Shown one piece after another: positions 25,511 to 37,950 of a stretch of DNA of 64,000 bases (position 1 is its first letter; every line of letters starts with the position of its first letter). A program made the translations under genes and the position numbers. Origin of the DNA: Callorhinchus milii (taxonomy: Eukaryota); the NCBI RefSeq assembly GCF_018977255.1, contig NW_024704743.1, positions 80,664,001 to 80,728,000 on the forward strand, given 5' to 3'. The notes below the pieces were generated by a model. It ran no database searches and was not told the origin of the DNA. It saw only the letters and a list, made by a program, of their open reading frames with translations.

Positions 25511-27689
25511 ACCAAAAGACAGCAGCTTGAACAATACAATGACCTTCCAGTACTGCACTGGTGTGTCAGCATGACCTATAGTCTCATGTTCGGATGAGGA
25601 GCTTTAACCCAGAGGCGAGAGTGCTATCAACTGAGTCAAACTGATACAGGCTATCCAGGTGAGATCATTTGACTAAGTATGGCTGTTCAAAAGAGACTGC
25701 AATGGGGGTAGGAGGGAAGGGAGAGGATTTTTTACAACAACCAAGGGAGTGATAAGAAGGTATACCCAGTACCTCCAATTAAAGATGTCATCTCCTCAAA
25801 AATAATTCCATGTGCTGTTGGCTACATTTCAGTTGTAGAAAAATAATAAACAGAATTCAAAATGCAGCTGTTTGGGGTTTTAACCCCAAAACTGACAGAC
25901 TTGTGCATACCTACTTTTGTTATAAGTTTTGTTATATTTCATATATATTTAAGATCATAAGATTCTTTAATACTTAAAAATAATGTATAAATTGGCTGAC
26001 TTTAATATTGATTAAATATTTTCCATCTGGAAACTGCAATCAATGAATGCAAGATGATCTTCATCTAATAAAAAAAATACTTTGGTCAAAAAAAAACATT
26101 CAGCTGCAAAGGGCAGGAAAAAAGAGAAAAGCCTATGCCTGTTGAAACAATCTCACAAGCATATTTGTTGAATTACAACAAAAACATTTCTCAAAAACTG
26201 TGATCTCAGAGAACAGCAACAATTTACTTACAGTTAATGGCTAGAAACAGCTCCATATCCTTCAGGTATTTAATTACAAATAAAACCCAGTTTTCTCTGC
26301 ATTGAACATGCTCCTCCAAGCAATCCCACACTTGCTGCAATTTAGCTGTTAGTGAGTTTGCTTGTACCCAGTCTTCATAGTACTACTGTCTTTTTTCAAT
26401 TTACACCTCCAAAACAACACCTGGACACTAAGAGTTTCATCTCTGAATAATCCTCTTCCTGGAAAAGTACATAATCCCAACACAGTATACATATTGGACT
26501 CATAAAATGTTTCTATTCCGGTTTTTAAAAAATAATACAAAAGGATTACACAAGTTGTAAAATGGTTGTAAAAAGTATTTTGTTTACAAACCTGAGAAAC
26601 AAGTGCAATAAATCCAATTAATAACTAACCAAACTTCAAAATGCCTGAATAAAATATAGTTCAAGAGTGAATTGCAGTGTTTTAACAGAATAAGTTTCAA
26701 ATTAATTCAGCATGTTGAGTATCTCATTCTATCAATCTGTTTGTATCAATCCTAAATCAAAGTTGTATTATTTAAATGTTTAGTTTTTGATTCTTGACAA
26801 AAGAAGTTTGAATTATAAGGATGCCAAGCAAGTATTAAACCATGACCAGACACATGCACACAAGTACAGAGTCCAAAAGAGCTTCATTTGGCAAGATTTT
26901 CTAAATGAATAGAAGCATTGTATAGCAAAATAAAGGAGACAGGTTTTGAAGCTTCAAAAGTTTGAAGGAGCAATAGATTTCAGCAACCGCTGCCAGATTG
27001 TGCAATAAGACCGCATTTGTCATGTGCACTTGCACTGTGAAAATGGCAGTGCTTCAAAGCCAAATTTAATTCCTAAATCCATGCAGACTGGAGCAAAGCT
27101 TTAAGGCTTTGTTTGAACTTACCGTAGTGTTCTGTAGAGTTTAAACAAACCACACAAAATAATATGGGCCAAATATGTGAAATCACTACAGAGTGAAATT
27201 AAAGTAAACATTTGGCTTAGCATGGATGTCTAACCACTGTATATTACCAATTGCTGATAATTGATATCAGTTTGACATCAGAAAACGTACCCACCCAGAA
27301 ATAAAATTGGGTGGAATTTCCCACCACTACAACAGTTGAAATCACAAGATCACAGTTGAGGTACTTATGACGAAAGCCCTTGAGCTCATTTGAACTCATC
27401 CTTAGACAAATACCCACCACATCATCCTCCCAATACAACAGCAAGCTGCTTCTTAAATGTCTATCATTCAGACTGCCATCCTTCTTACAAATGCTAATTA
27501 TCATCTATGACCAAAAATACTTGCTGGTATCAATTAATAACAATAATAATAATTCTGAATTTGCTCTTCACATTGGTATTATGGCCATTCTGAAAGTATT
27601 GTTCCAAGTGTATTTTTTCTACCTTATCTCTGAAACATTTCTTCAAAACTGGCAAACTCTATTTAGTATTTAATTATTGCTCATAGCTC

Positions 27690-28620
27690 ATCCATCTAGC
27701 ACTGAGATCATCCTCATTGCTCTATTCTGCACTGCCTCCGAGGCATGGACACCAGCGTATGTTATGACAACCAGAACTGTATGCAGTATTCTCACTCTGC
27801 CAAACCAGAGAACTGTATAGCTTGAACATGACTTCTGGGGCTATTATCTAAACTGATTTGGCAATAAAACACGGTATCCTATTTGCCATTCTTATTGCTG
27901 CCTCAGGTGGTTTCAAACTTTTGACCACAGAGTATCCCCCCATGTCAATTCTATCCTGTCTATAAAGTAAATGTGTGCTTAGTTTTAATTCCTATATGTA
28001 GCATCTGGCATTTAACTGCACTGAACTCAAATTGCCAGCGATCAGTCCAGGTGCATAATTTGTCAAGCTTTCTTTTGTAAGCTCTTGGCTGCTTCCTCAT
28101 TTTACAGTTCTGCCTATCTTGATGTCATTTACAAATTAACTACCAAGCATGGAGTCTGCAAGGAACAGGAGGAGTCCCAGGACTGACTTCAACACACCCG
28201 TCACTACTTCTCATATTTTGACAGAACTCCCCTAACTAGTCTGTTTCCTTCTTTTTAATTTATTATTCACAATAATCAGTTCGTAGAGGAATCTCTTGTG
28301 TGATCAAGGGCTCTTGGAAGTCTAGGTACACTATATCACGGTGGTTTCCCATAGTTAAATTGGGACGTGAGGAAATTCAAATGAGTCTATGAGGTTGGTC
28401 AGATAAAATCATCACCTTCTGAAATTGTGCTGTTATTCTCATGGAAGTAATCTTTCATGTTGCTTACGATAATTGAATCCGTCAGTTTATCAATTATTGA
28501 GGTCAAGCAAATTGATCTAAAAATTGGCAAGTTTGACTCTGTGACCTTCTTGAATATAGGAACCATATTTGGTTGCTTCCAGTCTGTTGGAACCTCCTCA
28601 GAGATGATCAACTTGCTCAA
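27690..28620 (-). mobile_element. Old CR1 LINE RT fragment
   Basis: VPTDWKQPNMVPIFKK...RSICLTSI motif and degenerate downstream RT motifs. Confidence 0.7.
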
Positions 28621-28943
28621 AAGATTTTACAGAAGGGTGATTGGGAACATATGGGTAGAAAAGGAGGTGAAGCAATTGGAAGGGATAACTATAGAAAATG
28701 AAGTGGGACTTTGTGTGGACTAATAAAGTTCAAGAATTCAAAGTGGAACTATCTCAGGCATGAGAGCATTCATCTTAGAATGCTGAGGGAGGAAGTGGGA
28801 GGATCTTGATGTTTTGCAGACTGTAAATAGTGATGGCCCCAGATGTCAGTAATTGGACCATCGGTGTTCTCCCCCTCTCTCTATATATAATACATATATT
28901 ATATATTATACATAGAAGACTAGAGGAACTAGGGTTCCAATTT

Positions 28944-29257
28944 GTGGAGTCCTGTAGCTCAGTGGTTAGAGCACTCGCTTTGCAAGCGAGAGACCTGAGT
29001 TCAATTCCAGGCAGAGGGCGAAACCTTGGGCAAGTTTCCTTACTCCACACGCCTAATAATAATCCCTCTAAAAAACCAAAAACAATAATAAATTGGTCAT
29101 TTTCAATCTACGACTGTTTGTGGGATATTGCTGTGCGCAATTGGCTGCCGCGTTCGCCCACAAAAAATACAGTCAATTAACTTTACAGTGTGAAGCGCTT
29201 TGGGACGTCCTCCCGACGTGAAAAGCGCTATATCAAATGCAAGGATTATTATTATTA
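28944..29257 (+). mobile_element. Young tRNA-Ala(TGC)-headed SINE with Deu-like body and L2 tail
   Basis: Starts GTGGAGTCCTG; A box TAGCTCAGTGG; anticodon arm CTCGC-TTTGCAA-GCGAG; B box GTTCAATTCC; ends in (TTA)n. Five near-identical copies in the window. Confidence 0.92.
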
Positions 29258-29289
29258 TATGTATAAAATATATAATATATATATGAATA

Positions 29290-30075
29290 AATGATTTGAA
29301 TTTAGTTAAAGGGAGCACAATATAAAAATTTGCAGACAGCACAAAAATTGTGAGTAAGTGACTTCAGGAGGATAGACAAATTAGTGGAATAGGTAGATAA
29401 ATAAAAGGTACAATTTAATATACAAATTTGTGAAGTAATGCATTTTGGGAGGAAAATAAGTATACAAAATCTACACCAAACAATAACATTTCATTTAAGA
29501 GGAGTGGAAGAGCAGAGACCTCCGGATAAGCATTCACAAATCGTCAGTGGGAGTTGACAAAGATGTAATGAAAAATATATAAAAAAGGTATATACTGTTT
29601 ATAAAAAAAACTAATCCTAGGTTTTATAAATAGAGGCATAGAATAGAAAAGCACTTAGGTAATGTTAAACTTGTACACATCACTGGTTTCCCTTAGAATA
29701 TTGTTTTCAGTTCTGGATAGCCCGCTTTAAGAGGAATGTCAGGGCAATAGAGATTATACAGAAGAGATTCACTAAAATGATACCAAGAATGAGAGACTTT
29801 TCTTATGAGAAGACTAGAGGATCTAGGGCTGGCTTTAGTAGAACAGGAAACGTTGTGAGAAGATCCGCAGATCTGTTCAAAATTATGAAGGATTTTGAAA
29901 CTATTTCCATTGGTCCATTACCAATGAGTTGGTAACTAGAGGCCATTGATTTAAAAAGTATAGGTTACAAGATTGTTTTTAACAGAGGTTTATTAGGATA
30001 TATAATGCTCCACAAAACTTTACAGTAGTTGAAATAAAACCATAATAACTTCAGAAAGGGAATTAGACAAATATT
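29290..30075 (+). mobile_element. Old CR1 LINE 3' fragment
   Basis: Degenerate KFADST, CEVMHFGRKN, LGFINRGIE and RRFTKMIP motifs. Confidence 0.7.
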
Positions 30076-30823
30076 CATATTCAAATATTCATCTGTCTCA
30101 CAACTCAGGCTGGCTGTTCTCAAGCTCTGCATTCAATACAACTGAACAAAACCACACAATTAAATCTAACAAATACCAAAACGTAATATTGACAACAAAA
30201 AACAAAGATTACAGAAAGAAACAAATAATGTACTAACTCTGTTTCATTGCCAATAAAGTTGGCTGAACCTGCTGATATACTTGGCATTTATGTATTGAAT
30301 GGCTATTGTTTTCTTTGGTGCAATTCCCAGTGACATGCCCATACCAGCAAAAGGTTAGATTGTGCTTGGATGCCCCAGTTTCTACTACCGTATACATAAA
30401 TATTTTTGCGTATAATATTTGCCCAAAAATCATTCAAACCGCAACACTTCTTGCCAGTAATTTCCTGTGAAGTGCTACAAATTTTTTTTTCAACAAACTG
30501 CACTTCCATCAGCATAGATTTTCTGTATATACCTTCACTTAATCAATACAATATGCAATCTTAATATCCGTTAAGGGCGCAGTACACTAAGCATTTTGGC
30601 AAATTGAAAACAACAATTATTCATAAAAGTTCTAAGCTAGATCTCAGCCAAAGTAGCAGTCAAGCCAAAATCAAAGAGGGTTCCTGATCACAATCTAATG
30701 ACCTCCGTCCACCCCACTGGAATCTGTTGATGTTTGGAGGTTAGATGAGGTCAGGAACACACCTGACTGGTATGATTCCAATGGTTACACAGCCCACAGC
30801 CTGCTGACACAAACTATCTGGAC

Positions 30824-30999
30824 CAGGGGTCTCCAACTGGTAAATCACAACCGGCCAAACCCTGCACCGCTCCAGCCAAGTTCTCACCAAAGTTCCAGAG
30901 GCCACCCAGCTGTGATACCCATTACGCAGCCATCAATGAAGAAAAATTAAATAAGAAAATTTATTTTGTTGACCAACCATAAAGTTTGGCGACCCACTA
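30824..30999. mobile_element. Probable hAT (Charlie-like) MITE
   Basis: Termini CAGGGGTCTCCAACT and AGTTTGGCGACCCACTA, with similar 8-bp flanks ATCTGGAC / GTCCTGAC. Confidence 0.5.
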
Positions 31000-31714
31000 G
31001 TCCTGACTTACACATGAGGAATAGACAATGCGGTTAGGTACAGGAATGTGGCTAGCATCTGTACATCATATCTCAGTCAATGTTCAGAGAGGGAAGAAAA
31101 TGAAAGGGGAAAAATACAAAAAAACAAATTTAGTGTGGTATAATTTCTAATAATTTGCTGCAGAAAAAATACCAATAACACGTGTCATTCAGTGACAAGT
31201 ATGAGTTTCTATTTTTTTTACTGTTTCACTTGCATCACAATTATTCTGTTGTGCATGTGCAAGCACATAATACGAGAACTCAAAAGCAATCCATTAAAAA
31301 TGCTATAGGGTAAATTACATTTGAAATTGCACATGAGTGGGAGGAACTTAAAATTGATCATTCTGCAAGAGGGAGCCAGTGAAGCTTAGCAAGGACTGTG
31401 GTGCAGATGTTAGCAATGGTTTTCATGAATAGTGCAGCTGGGGTGACTGGCAAGGAGGGCAGTGGAAAAACTGAGGCAGGAGGTGATGAATGCATGGATA
31501 AAAAAGGGTTAGGTATGAGACGGTTCTACACTCCTAAATGTACACCCACGATATGGCTCACTTTCCCCCCTGCAGAGTATATTGGGTAGCCTCTGTATTC
31601 AATCCTCACTAATGAATGCATGTCCCTATAACTAGGTGTAACTTGACTAATGAGTTTTTCCATGTCGACAGATACTACCAAATGCTATTCAAATTAAAGA
31701 TATTCAATTAAGTT

Positions 31715-31795
31715 CTGATGAAGGGTCATGGAACCTAAACGTTGACTCACTTTCCTTTCTCCATAGATGCTGCCTGACCTGCTGAGTGTTCCCAG
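31715..31795 (+). mobile_element. Penelope-associated terminal repeat remnant with a degenerate hammerhead-ribozyme core
   Basis: CTGATGA-AGGGTCATGGAACC-TAAAC followed by TTTCTCCATAGATGCTGCCTGACCTGCTGAGT, resembling a repeat I recall as common in shark genomes. Confidence 0.55.
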
Positions 31796-31889
31796 TGACT
31801 TCTGGATCTATTTTAAGTTCCTCACTCTTGTTTGCAATTTCAAATGTAATTTTACACTATAGCATTTTTAATGGATTGCTTTTGAGTTT

Positions 31890-32428
31890 TGGGCACCACA
31901 CCTCAAGAAAGATATATTGGCCCTGGACGGGGTGCAGTGCAGATTCACCAAAATGTTACCAGGCCTAAAAGGGTTAAGATATGAGGAAAGTAAACTTGAT
32001 TGTATTCCCTTGAGTTTAGAAGGTTCACGGGTGATTTGATTGAAGTATTTAAGATGATAAAGGGATTCGATAGGATAGATACACAGAAGCTATTTCCTCT
32101 GGTGGGGGAATCCAAAACAAGGAGGGCATAGTCTTAAAATTAGAATCAGGTCATTTAAGAGTGAAACCAGGAAGCATTTTTTTCACTCAAAGGGTGGTAG
32201 AAATCTGGAATTCTCTCCCCCAAAAGGCCGTGGATGCTGGATCCATCCACACCTTGGAGAATGAGGTTGATAGATTTTTGGTAGGTCAGGGTATTAAGCG
32301 ATATGGGGAGAAAGCGGGAAATTGGAATTGAAAGGATTAGTTGAGCTACAGATCAGCCATGTTCTAATTAAATGGAGGAACAGGCTCGAAGGGCTGATTA
32401 GCCTCCTCCTATTCCTATGTTCCTATGT
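31890..32428 (+). mobile_element. CR1 LINE 3' end
   Basis: C-terminal CR1 coding motifs and the terminal repeat CCTATTCCTATGTTCCTATG. Confidence 0.8.
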
Positions 32429-32984
32429 AGCACGCTAGCAGCCACTTGTAATGAAGTTAATGTAAAGTGCACGAAGAACCAACTTATGACTACTACTCAT
32501 TAATAGTTAAGAGCCTTTTGTTGTTATCAGGTAGAAATAAAGCAACCCGAGGACATGGCGCTCCATCTTTTATGGGCACTGAGCCCCTCCCGAATTTGGG
32601 TACCCAATGGTAATTGTATCGCACCAATTACTTGATGGAATCGGTGCCTTTTTCATGGTCCAATCAAAATCATCCTTTAAGTGACCCAGTAAGGAAACAG
32701 TGCACCTTCCTATCCACTTATGCAAATGAAAGTCAGTTTGAAATTTTTGCAATCCACGCTAGAGTCAGACTTGATGGCACCATAAGTATCAAAAACGTTA
32801 AATATTTTTTAAAAAATTATTTAAAGGGCTACTCAATAACACGCATGCACGAGTTCTACCGAACTTAGGCATTTTCTGAGTTTCCCCAAGCGCAATCGGT
32901 AATTACTAACCGCACTTACACTGGCTAATGCTTTTAGCAAACACAAAAACATTACAGAACATATTTTAAACTACACAGGTGACC

Positions 32985-33001
32985 GTGACATACCCCCTCT
33001 T
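32985..33001 (-). other. Polypurine tract and probable start of the 3' LTR
   Basis: The minus strand reads AAGAGGGGG-TA-TGTCAC about 500 bp downstream of the integrase end. Confidence 0.6.
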
Positions 33002-33479
33002 GATAATCAAAATGCTTCAAAAAACAAGGTTGATATTAAAGTTCTTGGAGATACGTCAGGATAAAAGCACCTCTCTCTCTATCCTCCTTTGCTGAATCCT
33101 GGCTATCTTCCTGCTCGAGGTAGCTGATATTTCTGTGATACAGGTCTAGTTCCCTGGCTGGTCAATAGAAAAGAAGATCTCACACAATAATGTGTTCTTT
33201 TCAAACTACATCATACTTATATATCTTAGCTATGTTAAAAATGCAGGAGAATCGAAAGTTTAACTCCTGTACTCACAGGAAACTCGCAAGTTTCCCTTTT
33301 AAAATCCCTTTGTACCTATTGGAAATTTGTACAACTCTTGTACAAAACAGTTTGCTGGTTAGCACTCCCTAGTGCTAACGGTAGGATGAATTCAGGAGGG
33401 CTCCTTGTTCCATCCTGTCTTCGTCTTCACCACAAGGCAAACAGGGTTGAGTTCTCCTGCTGTGTACTTTCTGCAAGTT

Positions 33480-34420
33480 TCTGTACTCGTTTCACTTGAC
33501 TTGTTGAAACAGTGATGTACTTTCCTCTTGATGTAAGAATCTTAAGTCTTTGGATTAATGACCTTCACTACCCTGCTCGGTTTGTGAAAGTGGTCACGTA
33601 AAGTCCCTCCAAGATAGGAATCCCCCTCTGCATAATCACACTTATTATTCAGGGAATGACTTGCATTATAATCAGTAATCATAGTCTAAAGCTTCACTGA
33701 AATCTTCCAGTCGGAGTTTGTGTGATTGGGTTGATCATATGCCTACCATGAAACAGGCAAAACGGAGTCAACCTGGGTCTATTGCTGAGGGTTCGGTTAT
33801 TCAACACCATCATTACCCAGGGAATCCTTTCATACCATCTGGAGCCTTTTTTTATACAGGCTTTCTTCAAAGCACTCTTAATAATACCGTTGATTATTTC
33901 CACTTTACCAGAGTTTTCTGGGTGGTACAGTGCATGTAGATTGTGCTTAATGCCTAAATTTTGAGTAACTCAGCAGTGAAACGATTGTCTCTATCGGATT
34001 CTAATAATTTCATTCCACTATTAGGAGGTATTAGCTCCTCAGTTATTATCTTCAACAGTTTTTGTAGTACACCATTTGCAAGGGTACCCAATGGTAAAAC
34101 CGGTTGTGTGATCCACGAAAATAAGGATGTACCGATTACCTCTGGCATTTTAGGTAAGCGTTCGACAAAGACTAAATAGACCCTTTCCCATGACCTTCCC
34201 ATTTTAACCTTTTCCAAAGTATTGTTTTTAGGTACGGTGGATACACCTCATGCACTCTCCCACGTAACTTTTTAACTCCCTCTTAACCGCAGGCCACCAG
34301 TATTCATGTAGATTGGCTCAGGTTCCCTTCACCCCGTTATGCAAATTTCCAGGACCTTCATGTGCCAGGTGATCAGATAATCCTGTATCCGTTTTGATGG
34401 GATCAGTTGGTTCTTGCTTC
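33480..34420 (-). pseudogene. Retroviral integrase remnant (HHCC, catalytic core, foamy-type C-terminal domain)
   Basis: Frameshifted translation: HLAHEGPGNLHNGVKGT*ANLHEYWWPAVKRELKSYV/ECMRC; GNRYILIFVDHTTGFTIGYP; LESDRDNRFTA; LGIKHNLHALYHPENSGKVEIINGIIKSALKK...WYERIPWVMMVLNN...TPFCLFHG; LRDHFHKPSRVVKVINPKT/ILTSRGKYITVSTSQVKR. Confidence 0.9.
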
Positions 34421-34629
34421 CCTATTGCCAGTATAGCTGTAAGCCCTTTACGACCAAATGTTTCCCCTTTGTCCAATTTGGAAGGCTTCCATTCTGTCCT
34501 GACTCTTTAGGGCTCTGAGACGCTACCCTGCGTGGAGGGTGCTCCATAAGTGCAAGTTGTTGCTGTTTGACTCCATGTTTGCCGCTATCGTTGTCACTAC
34601 AGGGTGGTTAGTATAACTGTTGTTAATAA

Positions 34630-35434
34630 CTTTCTTTGAAAATATATATTTATTTATAAATATATTTAGTAAACAGATCCAAAACAAACACAACATCTTC
34701 TGGTTCAATTTTTCCCTTTTCTCCCGATACAAAAAACATTCCGTTGTTTACGGTACATTCCTTCATCACACATAGGTTGTGCACACATTTTTTGGGACGC
34801 TCCCTTTAACACAGTGGGGAGTCCCACCTGTGTACAACACATTCATGTGCGTGCCCGCACACACTCTGATAAGGTACCTGGTTTCGGGAGTGACAAAGGG
34901 GCTCCTTTACTGAGTTTATGATCCTCCTGTGCGGTGGACTGCGTGGAACGTTTCAAGGCAGTTCTGCCAGACCCATCTTTCTTAGCACTGGGTATGGGTA
35001 GAAACCCAGCACGTAGCGGCATTTGTTGCCGGTGTAGCGGGGCTCCAGGCACAGCCTCAGGCATCTACACACAAAGGTGGCCATGAGGATCAGGGCTACG
35101 TAAGGGACCCCTTTCCCCGCCTTTTCCGGGGTGCATCGTGCCTCTGCGGACATGATCCATCTTGGACTCCCACATCATGGAAGACCTCTCTAGTGACTGC
35201 AATGGTGTTGTTCCTGGTCAAAGGCCAGACCTGGGCCACGTTCAATAACACCGAGAGGGCCTCACACTTTATCACCAGATCTTTCCCGGTGATGGGACAG
35301 CGAGCGCTGGCACCACATCACCAGTTTCTTCCTCACTGTGCCTAGACACTCCTCCTGGCTTTTTTGGTATGCCTCGGCAGCCCCAAATCAGATGCCGAAG
35401 ACTTTGATGTAGTTTGGCTTCACTGCAAAAGGTA
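34630..35434 (-). mobile_element. 5'-truncated Tx1-clade (L1-like) LINE fragment nested in the retroviral pol
   Basis: Translation PFAVKPNYIKVFGI...GKGVPYVALILMATFVCRCLRLCLEPRYTGNKCRYVLGFY resembles a Tx1 ORF2 C-terminal region. AATAAA and an A-rich 3' end. Flanked by the 9-bp direct repeat TGTTAATAA (34621-34629 and 35435-35443). Confidence 0.8.
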
Positions 35435-35443
35435 TGTTAATAA

Positions 35444-36095
35444 TGCCCATGATTGATATTTGTCCTACTGGCATCGGCTCATTTAAAAAACAAGCTGAGC
35501 ATTCCAGCATATCAGCGTGATCATCGTCTGACGTATGCAATGCATCTTTATCGTGTCCTAAACTGTGACAAACTTGCACAAGAGGTTTGTCCTTTTCCTT
35601 TTTCCAAATTGACTGCCAAATTTGCTTGTGAACTAAGGGTTTTGCTTTGTGGTTAATCCAATTTTCATTAGCCCAATTGATCAGGTCATTACACAATGTT
35701 TTCATACATAAGCAGAATCTGAAACGATTATGCAATGGAAGAAGTTTTAACACCTCCAGCAGAGTAATGACTTCAGCTGCTTGTGTTGACGTACCGTTGC
35801 AGGGAATCGCATGGTTACCCAATTCTTCCCACCCTGCTGCCTTCCCACTGCAATGCCAATTCCTGCCTGTCTTTTGAGATCTATCAATTGGGCAGTCCCA
35901 TCACAATAATTTACAGTCAGTCCCTCAACCAGTTCCCAGGGCTCAATCTCCACTGGGGGCTTACTCTCCGACAGCAAACACTCTAATTCAATATCTGACT
36001 CTTTAGTTTTGAATTCCCTGCATTGATGGCTCGTCTCCCATTGCGTTTTTAACTTGAAAACCGGGTGGCTTACTTTCAGTGGGAGATTACCCCTG
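35444..36095 (-). pseudogene. Retroviral RNase H domain plus upstream connection-region remnant
   Basis: ORFs 35747-35977 and 35388-35822 read YCDGTA...QAGIGIAV...STQAAEVITLLE...NDLINWANENWINHKAKPLVHKQIWQSI...VQVCHSLGHDKDALHTSDDDHADML, which carries RNase H catalytic-type motifs. Confidence 0.85.
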
Positions 36096-36106
36096 TTCTA
36101 TGACGA

Positions 36107-36972
36107 GGATGAGAGCTAACTTTCTTCAGTTGAACGTCAACAAGACCAAGGCCCTACTGATTGGCTCCCATCAGCACCTCCTCACCTCAAGCGATGACAG
36201 CATCACCATCCTATAATGCACACTCCACCTTACTAAGCCAGTCCGGAACCTTGGCATCTTGTTTGACCCTCAGTTATCCTTTCTACCCTACATCTGTGCC
36301 AAGACCTGCTCTGCCATCCCCCACCTCCGCAACATCACCCGACTCCACCACTGTCTCACAACGCAGGCCGCCGAAACCCTCTTACACGCTCTCATTGCAT
36401 CAAGACTTGACTATGCAAACTCCGTGCTTGTCGGCCTCCCCAACTCCTCCCTCCACAGGCTGCAGATCATCCAGAACTCTGCAGCTTGTGTCCTCTCCAA
36501 CATCATGCTCTGTGACCCTATCACCTCCATCCTCACCCGCCTCCACTGGCTTCCCATAACACAGAGCATACACTTCAAGATCTTGGTCCTCACCTTCAAA
36601 GCCCTCCATAGCTTTGCTCCCCCTACCTCTGCAACCTCCTAACTCCTTACCAACCTGCTCGCTCCTTCCGCTCAGCGGGTACCGGACTGCTTCACATCGC
36701 CCCATCATTACCAGGCGAGCCTTCAGCCACTCTGCCTCCACCCTCTGGAACTCCATCCCGCTGTCTCTTCTCCTCGCCCCTCCCTTGCCTCCTTCAAGAC
36801 CCGTCTCAAGACCCCCCTTTTCGACCATGCCTTCGATCACCCTCCTTCCCACACCTGCCCTCCACCCTCCTAGATCCTGACCCCCAGCTCAGGTCCGAAA
36901 CATTAATTGTCCAGCGCCTTGGGACGTCCGCCCGACTTGAAAGGCGCTCTACAAGTGTAATTGTGTTGTTGT
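36107..36972 (+). mobile_element. L2 LINE 3' fragment nested in the endogenous retrovirus
   Basis: ORF 36259-36642 (SRLDYANSVLVGLP...LHWLPI) and the family 3' stem-loop with a (TTG)n tail. Confidence 0.9.
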
Positions 36973-36974
36973 CC

Positions 36975-37950
36975 TTGTGTGTACTTATGTAGCTTTATTC
37001 TTCAATTTTTACAGATCCCTCTGCTGGGGAATCTTTTATTTTGACGACTCTTCTTGGCAGGGTTGCCACGTGGCTTCGGCCCTGCGCCACTTCCTTTATT
37101 TTTTACATTTTGCACACGGATGGGTTGAGGCCCCATCATGTTAAGCGGTTTATAAGTATTATTTGTTTTACTTTCATGGTTCTCAGACCGTTTTTCTCGA
37201 TCTACAAACACATCATCGATATGATAATATCGATAATGTTTCTCTGTGCGTTTGACAAGACATTCCAAATGCTCTACCGCCAAAGATCGAATGAGAGTAT
37301 AAATCCCCTCCTCATCTGAGACATTGCCATGAGAAACATCTCGCCCCACAGTTCTGTAGAGAACTATTCAGTGACTTTGGAAGCTAGGACCCTGGGGCGC
37401 CCCCGGCCTAAAGTCCTGATCAGCGCAATTTTTTCAGAAAGCCCTTTCTCCCTGATTATAGTTCATTTAATATCACTGAGAGGGCTGCCACCAAATCGTC
37501 CCGTTCCGGATCTATTAGGTCCATCCGATGCTGCTAATTACAGATGGGAGGTAGATCTGAACAGCCGCTTTATTGGCAGTGACTAAATTTGCAATAGGAA
37601 TTGTGAACGTTAACCACCCTTCAATCTTTTTTTCAGGCATAATATCTGTTAATAATTTTAAACCTAAAACGCTTTGTGTTTCAGATTGTAAATGAACATG
37701 GCATTCGGCCGTTCTTGCAGCGGGGATTGTATTTGTTGTGGCTGTAAGTCCTCCGCTGGGTGTTTCTACTGTTTGACAGCTTGTTTTTTGTTATTGTATG
37801 AGAGCCTGTTGCTCTCTTTCTGTTTTAAGGTTTCAATTAAAAACTCTGTTTTAGAGAATTGCTGCTGCCCTCTCTCCACCTCAGCCCGAGTTTCTTAAAC
37901 TAACAATTGTTTTTTATAACATATTTGTCTTGAATTTTAGCAGAGGGCAT
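36975..37950 (-). pseudogene. Putative gag remnant of the endogenous retrovirus
   Basis: Lies upstream of pol. Fragmented frames include a Q/E/K-rich helical segment and a basic Gly/Arg/Lys-rich end (KGSGAGPKPRGNPAKKSRQNKRFPSRG) with no CCHC knuckle. Homology not established. Confidence 0.45.

Noticed and set aside
28944..29020. tRNA-Ala(TGC) genes, here and at the four other copies
   Set aside because: Acceptor and T stems are imperfect, and each continues into a SINE body and L2 tail, so these are SINE heads.
32430..32990. 3' LTR paired with a 5' LTR near 38265-38460
   Set aside because: I could not find a convincing direct repeat between the two regions, so LTR extents are not called.
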